Shown: positions 11,906 through 22,830 of the stretch, one piece after another
Layout of the letters: the number at the start of each line of letters is the position of its first letter
Numbering within the stretch: position 1 is the stretch's first letter
DNA from: Takakia lepidozioides
Lineage: Eukaryota; Plantae; Bryophyta
Direction: 5' to 3'
Length of the DNA stretch: 64,000 nt
Assembly: GCA_030704615.1 (NCBI GenBank)
Contig: CM060732.1
Location: 44,640,001-44,704,000, forward strand
The notes under the pieces: model-generated
What the model saw: only the letters and a program-made list of their open reading frames with translations
The model's database searches: none
What the model was told of the DNA's origin: nothing
Translations under genes and position numbers: made by a program

Positions 11906-14900
11906 AATATTGTCTCGGACCGCGATCCAAAGTTTACGAGTAAATTCTGGAGAGCACTTTGGAAGAAGATGGGGACGAGGCTGAAGATGAGCACCGCCTT
12001 CCGACCTACGACCGACGGCCAAACAGAAAGGGTGAATTCCGTAGTGAAGCAGATCTTGCGGAATTACGTGTCGGCAGACCAAACAGACTGGGTGGAACAC
12101 TTAGACGCGGCAGAGTTCTGTTATAATAACACAGAACACTCCGCAACGGGAGTTTCCCCTTTCGTATTGGTCTATGGAAAAGCACCTCTGGTGCCGACAA
12201 GTTGGGCCGCCCAGGACGTTGAGGAACCGGCAGTAGCGGCGGTACTGGAAGAACGCGAGCGTTTGTTGAAGCTCGCAAAGTACAACATTGCCAAAGCCAG
12301 GAAACGGTATAAAAGACAGGCGAATCGGAAGCGGAGGGAAGTGAAGTTTGAGGCAGGCACAGAGGTCTGGTTGAACATCAAGAATTTCCGACTACCTCCG
12401 GAAGTGAGTCCGAAGTTCGTACCTCCGTATGCGGGACCCTTTCGCATTCGGAAGGTTATGAATGAGGATGTGTATGAATTGGAGCTGCCGGCAAACAGCA
12501 AGGTGCACCCAGTATTCCATGTCTCCCTTTTGAAGCCTTACTTCAAAGATGAAGCGCGTCCGAATCGGCATCAAGTGTTGCGTCCGCCACCTATGCTGTT
12601 GGATCATGAAATGAACCTGAGTACGAGGTGGAGGCAATACTTAAGTCGAGGAGGTTCAGGAACCGAGAAACGGAGTATCTCGTCAAATGGAAGGGCTATC
12701 ATCATGTGGAGGCATCTTGGGTGCGTGCCTCAGAAATGGGAAACGCATCCGAGGCGGTTGCAGCTTTCGAAGGGCGACCTCAAAAGCGAAGAAAAGTTGA
12801 TGGGGACATCAACCTTGGAGCGTGGGGGAGGAAATGCATGCTTAGCCCGGCTTAGCGAGCTTAGGAATCAGATTACAAAAACTTGTATTGTACAAAAATT
12901 TGTTATAAAGGAAATGGGTTCCAAATGTTGTGCGTCCTATTTTGTTTGGAATGGTGATGCATGGTACGGTTGGCTAGTGTGTAGAATGCATGCTAGCTTA
13001 TAAAAGTGGGAGAGGTAAATTGGGTTAATCGTGTGTTTGCGTAGTGCCGAAATCGGGTGACCCCCATCCAAGGAGCAAGGAAACTTGCGACTTCTTTGGG
13101 AGTTCACGTGCTAGTGCGCACCTGGCGCGTGCGCGTACTATAACTGCGCTACCGAGGGGGTTGCCTTGTAGTGCGGGCTAACGCGGAAGCTACGTGCTTC
13201 CGTTCACGTACTATAATAGTGTAGCCTCGGGACGAAGTCGTAGTGCGGCTTCGGCGTGTTCCCGTACCTCAGGCCAGCATTCCAAGGCGAACCCAATTGT
13301 AGTGATTGGGGCGCACGGTTGGTTCAAGGTTATCTTCCTAGTCAAAGAGGGTTCCAGGGAACCCTTGCTCAAGGTGATGCCAAAAGCGGCATCATGAGCG
13401 ATCGCAAGCAATGTTATTGCAGTAAGGCAATTCGATCCTCGGGGAGGATCGTTCTTTGGCCTTCAAGTAGGCCAAGAAGAGTGCACTGGGAGGAGCTGGA
13501 GAGGCTCCACCCTTGGCCGGGACTTGGAGGAAGTCGGCCGAACTAGCTAGTGGAGAGTAGAGTCAAGTGTGGGGTTTGGTTCTTTGCCATGGGACGCCAT
13601 GGTACGGAAACAAACTCCTTGATGTGGGACGCCACAACTTGGATGTTCGTTTCTACAAAATGGACAAGTCGATGAGGACATCGACTCCCTGTTGGTAGGG
13701 GTGTGTGTCGCGGCCCTTTGCCTTGAAGGCAGGGGGTCGGGACACATGAGGGGCTGCCCCTGTGGTGGGGGCAGCGGCAGCGATAGGTATGGGGGGCTGA
13801 AGCACCCTTGAGTGCCCAAGGCACTCAAGGAGGCGGAGGCGCTCACTAGGTGGAGCCCCGCACACCGGGTTGCGATCTTAGCGGGACTTAGTGGGGGTGG
13901 CATAGGACTCACCATGGGGGCGGAGACCTCGTGGTGGGAGTCGTGGGGAGTCTTGGGACTCATCACGGTCCATAGGGGCCGTGGTGAGTGGGCCAAGACT
14001 CACCGCGACTCATCACCGGGAGTCGAGGGTTTTCGTGGTGGTTCGTCATAAAATGGCATGGCTGGTTGTGAAACCCCCGCGGACAGCTACAGAAGTATAT
14101 ATAGGGAGTAGTAACCCCGAGAACGGTGCAAGCCCGTTGGTGACCAAAAACTAGTGAGTAAGCGAGCGAGCCGGAAAGCGACCAAAGAGTGGGGAGCTGT
14201 TCCGGATTGCCATCTACCAAAGGGAATTCCACTAGTCCCAAATAGGTGGAGGGTTTAGTGGGAAGCGAAGGGGGACCGTTATGTCCCAGTGAGCAGCCGA
14301 AGCTCCAAGTTGGCCCGGCGGCCAGGTTGGGAGTCAGGCGCGCGCATCAAAGCGAGTAACTATGACATGAAGGGGAGCTTACCGAAGGGAGGTGCGCGAC
14401 ACTAATTTTCCCTCCCCCACTAGCAAGCCATGGAGGCCTAGGGGAGGGTGTGGTTTGTATTTTTGTCTTGGGGTTTGGGCGGGGTGATTTCGCTTGACAG
14501 CAGCTGCCCCAAAGTCGCAAGCAGCCCGGGAGGAGCCCGGGTGCTGCGCCTAGAGAATAGGGACTCGATTACCCCAGCGCTGACCTTCAGTCGTACTGAG
14601 ATCAAGTACATCAGCCGCGTGGCTCAGGCGTGAGGCCCTGAAGCGTGCGAGCAAGGCGCGGGTCTTTACCCGCTGAATAATCAAAAGTTGAGACGGACCG
14701 GCGGACGTTGGCGTTAACCGCAGCGGTCCGCGGTTTGGACCGCTACGCGCGGATCTGCGCCCCGCCACATGGCGGGGGCGTTTTACCCAGCGGGCAATGC
14801 GTTTGCAAATTCCCTTAAAGGGGGGTATTCTTACCTTTAGCTATTAGATTCAATTTATACCCCTCTAAGGGTTATGAGCCATTATCTAAGGCGACAGTGG

Positions 14901-15196
14901 TAGATAAAATCTAGGATTTTGGGAGGACGTAGCCTTGGAGGGGAGCGTTCTTAGGACTCCAAGAGGAAGTCAAGCGGGTCTGAGGGCAGTGAGCTAGAGG
15001 CGGAGACCTCGAGAGACAAGGGAGGAGAGAAAGTACTATGTCCTAAAAACTCAGCTACAGTAAGCCTTTGTGTCAGAGCCCAAGGTAGAGGATGACTTTT
15101 TCCACAGAGGGAAAGCGCACCAGCGCCTTAAAATAATGTAAGGGGGTGAAATCTGGTTTGGACCCACCAATGGTTATTTTATTATTTACGCATGCA
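11906..15196 (+). mobile_element. 3' portion of a chromovirus (Ty3/Gypsy): integrase core/C-terminus, chromodomain (frameshifted, ~12617-12790), PPT and 3' LTR
   Basis: IVSDRDPKFTSKFW...STAFRPTTDGQTERVN...YAGPFRI...VHPVFHVSLLKPY; then EYEVEAILKSRRFRNRETEYLVKWKGYHHVEASW; purine tract gtgggggaggaaa before TG at 12835. Confidence 0.93.
12835..15196 (+). repeat. Putative 3' LTR (~2.36 kb) of the chromovirus
   Basis: Begins TGCATGC right after the PPT and ends GCATGCA (7 bp inverted termini); TATA-like tatatatag at ~14096; only one copy in the window. Confidence 0.7.
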
Positions 15197-16077
15197 TGTT
15201 TTGGACTAACGAATGTAGTTGCAGGGATGAGCTCTCAGTGAGATTCATTCATCCGATAGGGCCGCGGCAGTTCCCCGCGGCAGGGAACGATTCCCGGGTG
15301 TTCCCCGAATCTCATTGGGTTCCCAAAGGCATCTTTATGCACCAAGGGTATCTTTGGATTCCCCACATGATTTCCCATAGGGGAGGTATTTTTCCTGATT
15401 TTCTTAATTTCTTTTATTTTCCAGCATTTCTGATTTGCAAAATTGCTTAATTAGGATATATGAATGTGGTGCTCGTTATAGCCTGCAGGGCATTGATTAA
15501 ACTGATTGAGTTTGTTGAGTTGAGGGGCTTAGAACCACCTTATTGAATTGAGTGAACCTATTGGATGATGATAGGCATTTTGGCCACTCCGTTGCTAAAA
15601 CAAAGTATTTAGGCACCGGGGTAGGAAGCGTTGGCCCTTCCCTTGAGAGGTGACTTGAACTCAAGCCCTCGGCAAAGGAGGGGTAGTGGGAGAGGACGGT
15701 TTTCCCTCTCCTCCCTAGGTTCGGTAGGTGCCTTGTGAAGGGATTAAAACATGTCCCGGCTATAGGCGGCTCGGGGGCCTAGGGGGTAGGAATTAGACAA
15801 TAAAACACAAAGACTTGGAAGGCAATTACTGAGTAGATTGGCGGATACCGTAGGACTTAAAAACGCAAACTCGCCCTGTGAAGAGGAGTACGTGATTTCT
15901 CTTTGCCGGTAGGACTTCGATAGTGATCATAGCCACCATGTAAGACCATGGATCCCCTGTACTAACCGCAGTCGAGTAGGCGGTTCAGTGAGCCCAACCT
16001 ACACCGCAACTTACCTCGGTCCCCTAGACTACTATGCCGTCACCCTGACCGCGCGCACTCAGGGCTTGTCATATTAA

Positions 16078-16095
16078 TGGTGCGTCTGCCGGGAG
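16078..16095 (+). promoter_or_regulatory. Primer binding site complementary to the 3' end of tRNA-Gly
   Basis: TGGTGCGTCTGCCGGGAG is the reverse complement of the plant tRNA-Gly(TCC) 3' end ...CTCCCGGCAGACGCACCA as recalled; follows an LTR-end-like gggcttgtca. Confidence 0.85.
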
Positions 16096-16287
16096 GTAAG
16101 TGAATAGTCAGGACTTCTCCAAATTGTTATGGATGGACTAACAATATGTGTTCTCGTCCTGATTTGTTTTTTATGTAATACTTTATTGTTTATTCATGAT
16201 CTTACTCCATCAGGTGGAGATTGAGGAACCCCAGATTATAAGCTCTTGCATGAGGGTGTTTGGAACAGTGTTCATTGAAATTACTAA

Positions 16288-17052
16288 CGCCATGGCAATC
16301 ATGAAGCTGCAGCATGGCCACCGATCATATGGAAGCCCATCGTTTTTACTTGTCTTTTGAGGCACGCATGGTGGGACTTTTACCGTGTTATTTCCGGCAC
16401 CCGATCTGGCGAAGTGCGAACCGAAGATGCAATCGTAGTTTGCAGGTTAATGCGCGGCCGCATACTAGACATCGTCAAAGAGTACCGAGGGTACTGGATT
16501 TCGGCCAAAGTAGGGCCATTAGAGGACAAGGCTCTCACTGCCCCCATCTCTTCATTTTTCAGGTTTAATACACGTTGGCCCGGGTGCTGCCAACCTCCCT
16601 TCTTAGGGAATCTCAATGTGCAATCCTCGTTAGAGGCACATCTCGACTGGCAAGTGGCGTATTTAGGGTGCTGCCCCTTGTGTCGCACCATCGCGGATGA
16701 AGGCATCGATTTCCATCGTCCTCTTCCCACTATTCGGAGGTCTGGGGAGGCCACCTCATTTTTGAGTAAAAAGAGCTTTATTGATCTTCCATTTGACTGG
16801 ATGTGTTGGCTGTTTGGGTGTGGGTTAGAAGATTATCTGGAGGTAGAGGAACGCCTACCTCACCCGAACACCACTATCACCTACATTTGTCCACCCAGAT
16901 TTTACAGCAGTCGCAGTGAGAGTGAGGCAGCACTAATCATCGAGTTGATCACCAACGGACAGTTGGACGTGGCGCCCACCATACGCGACATCACCTGGAT
17001 TGAAGGACGTCTTTTAGCGGCTCCCAAAGGAGTCATTGCGGATCCAACATGA
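16288..17052 (+). CDS. Retroelement accessory ORF 1, Cys/His/Trp-rich, unknown function; open frame, start codon not identified
   Basis: Open frame between the PBS and gag; contains WPGCCQPPFLGNLNVQSSLEAHLDWQVAYLGCCPLC. Confidence 0.6.
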   Translation, partial: RHGNHEAAAWPPIIWKPIVFTCLLRHAWWDFYRVISGTRSGEVRTEDAIVVCRLMRGRILDIVKEYRGYWISAKVGPLEDKALTAPISSFFRFNTRWPGCCQPPFLGNLNVQSSLEAHLDWQVAYLGCCPLCRTIADEGIDFHRPLPTIRRSGEATSFLSKKSFIDLPFDWMCWLFGCGLEDYLEVEERLPHPNTTITYICPPRFYSSRSESEAALIIELITNGQLDVAPTIRDITWIEGRLLAAPKGVIADPT

Positions 17053-17419
17053 CTGCCGCCATTTTACTTTGCACGGGAAAATCCCACAAGTTTCCTTCCT
17101 CTCATTCCATTAAAGTTAGTGCATGCTATTTCCTCGGTTAGCAGCTCTCCTTGTACCTCAGTACTAGAGTCACTAGTGGAAATAGACGAGGACGAGGCAG
17201 CAACAGTCTAGGTAACCTGCCTTTGAAGATCGGTAGAGATCTCGCAGTTGCAAAGTATGCTTTCATTTTTTTCATGTCTGCCAATCGGCCCAAGCAATGT
17301 AATGCTTTGAAATTTATCATTGTTATTCACCTCATGTCCCGCAGTGATCAAAATCTTTTTCTACATGAACTTATAAGGTGGGCATGATTTTTGAAGCTAG
17401 GGTAAAAAAGATTCGCAGC

Positions 17420-17899
17420 AGATTTTGGCAACATGAGCCAGAGATTCGACTTATCATAGAAGCTTACATCGAGTGATTAGCTCAACGGAAATCCATCAAG
17501 AAGGGGTGGATTAATGAAAGGGTTTGGTGTGAGCGACTCTTGGAAGAAAATGCACTGGAGCATTTCTACTGGTGTAAGGACAGGCTCAACTGGCCGTATT
17601 GTTCCTGCCCTGGAATTTATCTAGGAGCGTTGCACCCTAGATCTTCTTTTGTGGCACATCTACGGTGGCAGGTAGATTTCTTCACTCATTGCCACGTATG
17701 TCAGCTCTTGGCATCCCATTATGTGCGCAGGCTGGATGAGTGTAGGTACTGCAACATGCCCCAACCACCTGAAGACTGGGTAATTCCCGGGAAATTGCAT
17801 ACTGATCTGACCTCGTTTATTCTTGACATGGTTGTTCAAGGTAATATAGGTCCTTTAGTACAGACTGAGGTAGGAGAGTCCTCATCAGCACAACAGTGA
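17420..17899 (+). pseudogene. Retroelement accessory ORF 2, paralogue of ORF 1, with one upstream in-frame stop
   Basis: WPYCSCPGIYLGALHPRSSFVAHLRWQVDFFTHCHVC aligns with the ORF 1 motif; C-termini also similar (FILDMVVQGNI versus LIIELITNGQL). Confidence 0.6.
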
Positions 17900-18201
17900 G
17901 TGTATGTCTAGGTCATGATCAAGAGCCACACTCCCAAGCTTGGATAGCATATCCTTTGATACTAGATTGCAAAGGAGACTGGCTCGAGAAGCTGTCAGAG
18001 ATCAACTGCTAGGGAAACACCCAGCATTGAGTCCACAAATCAGACTTAGAAACTAGAAGTTTGGGTAGGATAGAGTGGGAAGGAGAGAACACTGACAGCT
18101 CTTCAGAGATCGAGTGTTCACGAGTGGTTTCCCCTGTATCTAGTCCCCCTTATACACCACTGGCTAGGTCAAGAAGCCTTTCGCCGACATTAGTGTCAGT
18201 T

Positions 18202-21200
18202 ATGGCACATGTTCCAGGACATCCTGAGATACCTATTGTGGTCCCAACAAGCCTGCCCCCGTTAACATTACCCAAGCATTTGCCTTGGTTTTCCGGAGAA
18301 GCACATGAAAACCCAGAGTATCATGTGAAAAGCTTTATTCAGTGTTGCTATTCTAACCAAGCGTTAAATGATGCCTATTGGTTGATATGGTTTCCCACGA
18401 CCATGAGGGGTAGGGCGTCCACTTGGTATTGGCAACAGGCGCCAGGTACATTCGTTACTTGCCAGCAGATTCGAGACGCATTTTTAGATCATTTTCGAGC
18501 GGTCCACCAGTTCACCAGTGTCTTGATGGCATTGGCCAAGATCCGCCAAGGCCCCACAGACGAGGTGGCGGACTTTGAAATGCGATTTCGGGAGTTGATG
18601 CGACTCCAAAACCCTTTAACTCCCCTAGATGATGGGGTACTGAAGGATTGTTTTCTGAGTGGATTACGAGAGACCACTCACTTTCATGTTTTGCAGCAAA
18701 AACCTGCAACGCTGGTAGATGCCATACAAGCCGGTAAGGAGTTCGACAACATGCATCGCCAGGTACAACGGGCCAAGATGCCCGACTTTGCACTTCCATC
18801 ATACATTATGATCGAGCCCACGCAGGAGCCGCTGTCATATGTAGGAGGAGCACGGCCATACGCCCCGGCGACGTCCCCTACACCGGCAGTAGCACCAACC
18901 GTGCCACAGTATGCAAATGCCGCCCCTACTAACTCGTATGCAGATTCCACTGGGCAGTCTGATTCACGGGTGGGCCATTTGGAGGCGCAAGTCACCTCTC
19001 TCATTAAAACCATCGAAACAATGGGCGATCACATGAGTTCCATCGGGCAGCAGATCACCAGCTACGTGGGGTATTGTGATGCTGCTCCAATAGGAGAATC
19101 CGGCCCCAATCCGGCAAAGGTATGGTGCTCCAACTGCAACGGTCCTGGGCATGCTGCTCAACATTGTCCTTATCCCACCCGGGAGAGGCAGGTAAGCCGA
19201 AACCCGACTTATCAGGATAGATCAAAACGACAATTCAGTCAAACCAGGAAAGGTCGTCAAAAGTGTGGCAGAACCACACACCCAACATAAAACTGTTGGA
19301 GTGATATGTTTGCATTGTGGCCAAAGAGGCCATCCCTTGGACAAATGTTCCCGGAGGCAGGTGGACCGACCGGCTCCTGCCACCATCCAGCAAGTAGAGA
19401 GGAATTTGGAAGGGCAACGAGCCCCATTCCCGGATCAGTATGTGACTGAACCACCCAACCTTCTACGCAACAGCATAGCATGTATTTTGCTACCCCAACG
19501 TAGATAGCACAACAACCTAGGCCAGATCAAGCAGGTCCATCATACTCAGGGGGCAATGCCGCTCAGGGACAAGGTGCCTGAGCAGTTTATTCCAATCCTG
19601 CGGCTCAGATAGCCCAGGGTTCTTCTAACACGTGGTCTCCCCCTCAGGATGTAAGGGTGCAGGGAGGATATCAAGCGTCTACCTCGGCGCCGCCTCAGCA
19701 ACAGTAGACCAACGTACAACCCAATCATACAATGCGCCTTCAGGAGATGCAACACCAAGTAAATTGGATTGCGAGTGAGCCAGAGGCCACTCCAACAGCG
19801 ACAGCTAGCCCCGAAAAAGGTAGCTACGCAGTGATGACCCGATAGCAACGAGATACACTAGGGAAAGGCCCTGGGTATGAGGCATCGGAGTCAGCCACAT
19901 CCACATCAGAATGGGAGGATCTGAACTTCACAATGATGAAGTCAGATGCGCGAAAGGTGGCGGAGATTGTGCTTCGGGAGGAGGAAGACATCCATCCCAA
20001 AGAAAAGGAGGTAGCATTCGCAGAGGCGGAACCTCCAGTAGTCCGACCAACCATTTCTCGACTCCCTATATCAAGAGCGAAGAGCCCGGCGAATCGGCCA
20101 GCAGCACCAGAAAAGCTTCCCCGGAGGAGGATGCATTCAACGATGCGGTACTTCACAGACGAGCTGGAACCGTACAATTTAATGGAGGATCTTCGCCATA
20201 TTCAAGCAAACATTACATTTGCACAACTCATAGCCATGGCGCCCACAGTCCGCCACGCTCTTAAGGCATCATTGGCGAGAAAGCGAGTGAGCACTTCTGC
20301 TCAGGTCCACCATATCAATGCGCACATCGACCTAGGACCAATAGAGATAGAAGTGGAAATTGCTTACCGATTCATACGGCGTTGTTGAGTGGATGATGGG
20401 AGCTCAGTCAACATCATGTCATTCTCCACTCTATCCAAACTAGGGTTGAACATGACAGGGGACTCCCCTCTGACAATCAGGCTAGCTGACTAGCGGAAGA
20501 TCCAACCAGTGGGTCACATAACAAATGTAAAGATGAAGACCGGAGGCTACACATATGCAGTAGACTTCCAATCATAGACTTCCCCATCGACGAATACTCG
20601 TATGCACTCCTATTAGGGAGGCCATGGTTGGTCCAGTCCAGGGCACGAACGGACTGGGGGGCAGGCACCATTACTTATGGGGTAAGACCTTATACTACTA
20701 CTGTTGCATTTCTTTCTGGAGCACCTCACGAAGAAATGGATGAGGATAAGCTCAGCATAATTGGCTTTGAAGAGGAGTCTGCAGACTTGAGTGAGGAGGA
20801 TTTGTGGTCAGAGGGAGAGCTCCCCACCTCGCACGCCCACCGAGTTTTAGCATAATCGGCCGCGCCTCACAGGGAGGTTAAGCGAAGAAAGGTAGGACTA
20901 GAAGGCGAAGTCAAGTCTCTAGGACCGGGATTGTATGAATGTGAGTCTGATGCAGACTGCATTGCCTGGTTGTTCGGAGAAAACCAAGGCAGGGAAGTGA
21001 TGGTACACTCGGTATCAACCGAGGCACTTCCAGAGTTCGAGTCATTGACCAAACTTTTTTTCTATATCCGCCGAACAGGTTGGTCTGCAGGAACAAGAGA
21101 TTCTGCAGGAGGAAAACGGCGAGATTTTGGATATGAGAATCATAGAGGAGGTCGACCTAGAAAGGGATGTCCTGAAACATAGTGCCCCCTACATTCCTTA

Positions 21201-22830
21201 TTTGCAGCAGGGATCAAACGGATCTCGATTTGAGCCAAGGTCGTGTTTCACATCGGAACCAACGACGCAGTTGATCGACATGGCCGTTGGAGGAGAATCA
21301 CCAAAGATGGTGAAGGTGGGAGCCCACTTGAAAACAGAGCAGGCCTTGGAGTATCAGGCACTGTTCAAGGAATTTCGGGACATATTTGCATGGTCCTACA
21401 CCGAATTGAAGGGAATGCCTTCTTACGTGGCAATGCATTCCATTCCTCTGATTCCGGGAGCCACCCCAAGACAACAACGCGAGAGGAGGGTGAACCCCAA
21501 CTTGGCACTGCTCATTAAAGCAAAAATTGAAAAGCTGCTGGCGGCAGAATTTATTTTTCCGGTGGAGACATCAACATGGGTGTCCCCGATGGTGATCGTC
21601 AAAAAGAAGAATGGAGGCCTAAGGGTATGCGTGGATTTCCGCCCCCTTAACAAGGTAACACACAAGGATCATTTTCCCTTGCCATTCATAGATACTTTGG
21701 TGGAAGAAGTAGCAGGAAAGGAGCTCTACTCCTTCATGGATGGCTTTTCAAAATACCATCAGGTATTGATTGACCCGAAGGACGTGTTGAAGACCACCTT
21801 TACTTCACCATGGGGCACTTTTGCCTATACACGGATGCCCTTTGGCCTGTGCAACGCACCCCTGATATTTCAGAGGGTCATGACGTATGCCTTCTCAGAC
21901 ATCGTGAGAAGAAATTTGGTCATCTTCTTAGGTGACTTTTGTTGCAATGGGGATGCAAAAGATCACGTTGCAGCATTACGGGAGTGCTTCATCCGGTGCA
22001 GGGAGAATGGGATCTCTCTCAACCCAATGAAGTGCGTGTTTGCAGTCACACATGGACTGCTACTAGGGCACATAGTGTCCAAAAATGGCGTGGCGACAGA
22101 TCCAGCAAAGGTGAGCGCCATAGTCGAATTGCCCGCACCAGAGACATCGTCTAAGGTGAAAGGGTTCCTTGGCCACACAGGGTGGTATAGGAAAGTTATG
22201 GACAAGTATGCAGCAGAGGCCTTACCTCTGACTCGATTATTGAAGAAGAACTAGGTATTTTCCTGGGATACAGGGTGTCAGGAGTCGTTCGAGACACTCA
22301 AGTAGCCCTTGGTGTCCGCTCCCATTTTGGCCGCTCCCGACTGGAACAGGCCTTTCCATGTTTACATTGATGCTTCAGCAGTGGCCGTAGGTTGTGCCCT
22401 CTGCCAACCAGATGCTGATGGCCATGATCATCCAATATCTTTTGCCAGTTGACAGCTGACATTCGCCGAAACGAGGTATAGCACCACAGAGCGGGAGGCT
22501 CTGGGAATGATTTTTTCCGTAAAAAAGTATCGACATTACCTGTTGGAGACACCTTTCATTTTTTTTGTTGATCACATGGCATTACGGTACCTGATCAACA
22601 AACCCGATTGACGGGGAGAATAGCCAGGTGGGTTATTCTGCTTCAGGAATTTGACTACAAGGTAGTCTATAAGCCTGGAAAGCTTAATGCTCAGGCCGAT
22701 CACCTTTCTCGATTGTCGGAGGAAACGGGGCCCGAGCCTATTGACGATGACTTCCCTGATGCATTTTTGTTCTCTATAGAGACTGTTCCTCCATGGTATG
22801 AACACATAGCTCAGTATTTAAGCACCCTGG
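18202..22830 (+). pseudogene. Disrupted gag-pol polyprotein (gag-PR-RT-RNase H)
   Basis: ORF track segments 18061-19290, 19265-19507, 19933-20388, 20628-20855, 21127-22254 and the 5' part of 22608-22916. Confidence 0.9.

Larger units (their letters stand above)
15197..22830 (+). mobile_element. Non-chromoviral Ty3/Gypsy element: partial 5' LTR (to ~16073), PBS, two accessory ORFs, gag, protease, RT, RNase H; truncated before integrase
   Basis: PBS at 16078; gag (FSGEAHENPEYHV...TTMRGRASTWY) with two zinc knuckles CSNCNGPGHAAQHC and CLHCGQRGHPLDKC; protease VDDGSSVNIM; RT PLPFID...FMDGFSKYHQV...RMPFGLCNAP; RNase H FHVYIDAS...YSTTERE...ADHLSRL; several stops and frameshifts. Confidence 0.93.

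Noticed and set aside
11867-13003. 378 aa ORF as an intact protein
   Set aside because: Chimeric: start lies in a DNA-transposon terminus and the C-terminus is out of frame after the frameshift before the chromodomain.
18202-22830. Programmed read-through or RNA editing of the many TAG/TGA stops
   Set aside because: Stops sit at likely CAG/CGA/TGG codons and come with frameshifts, consistent with methylation-driven decay.
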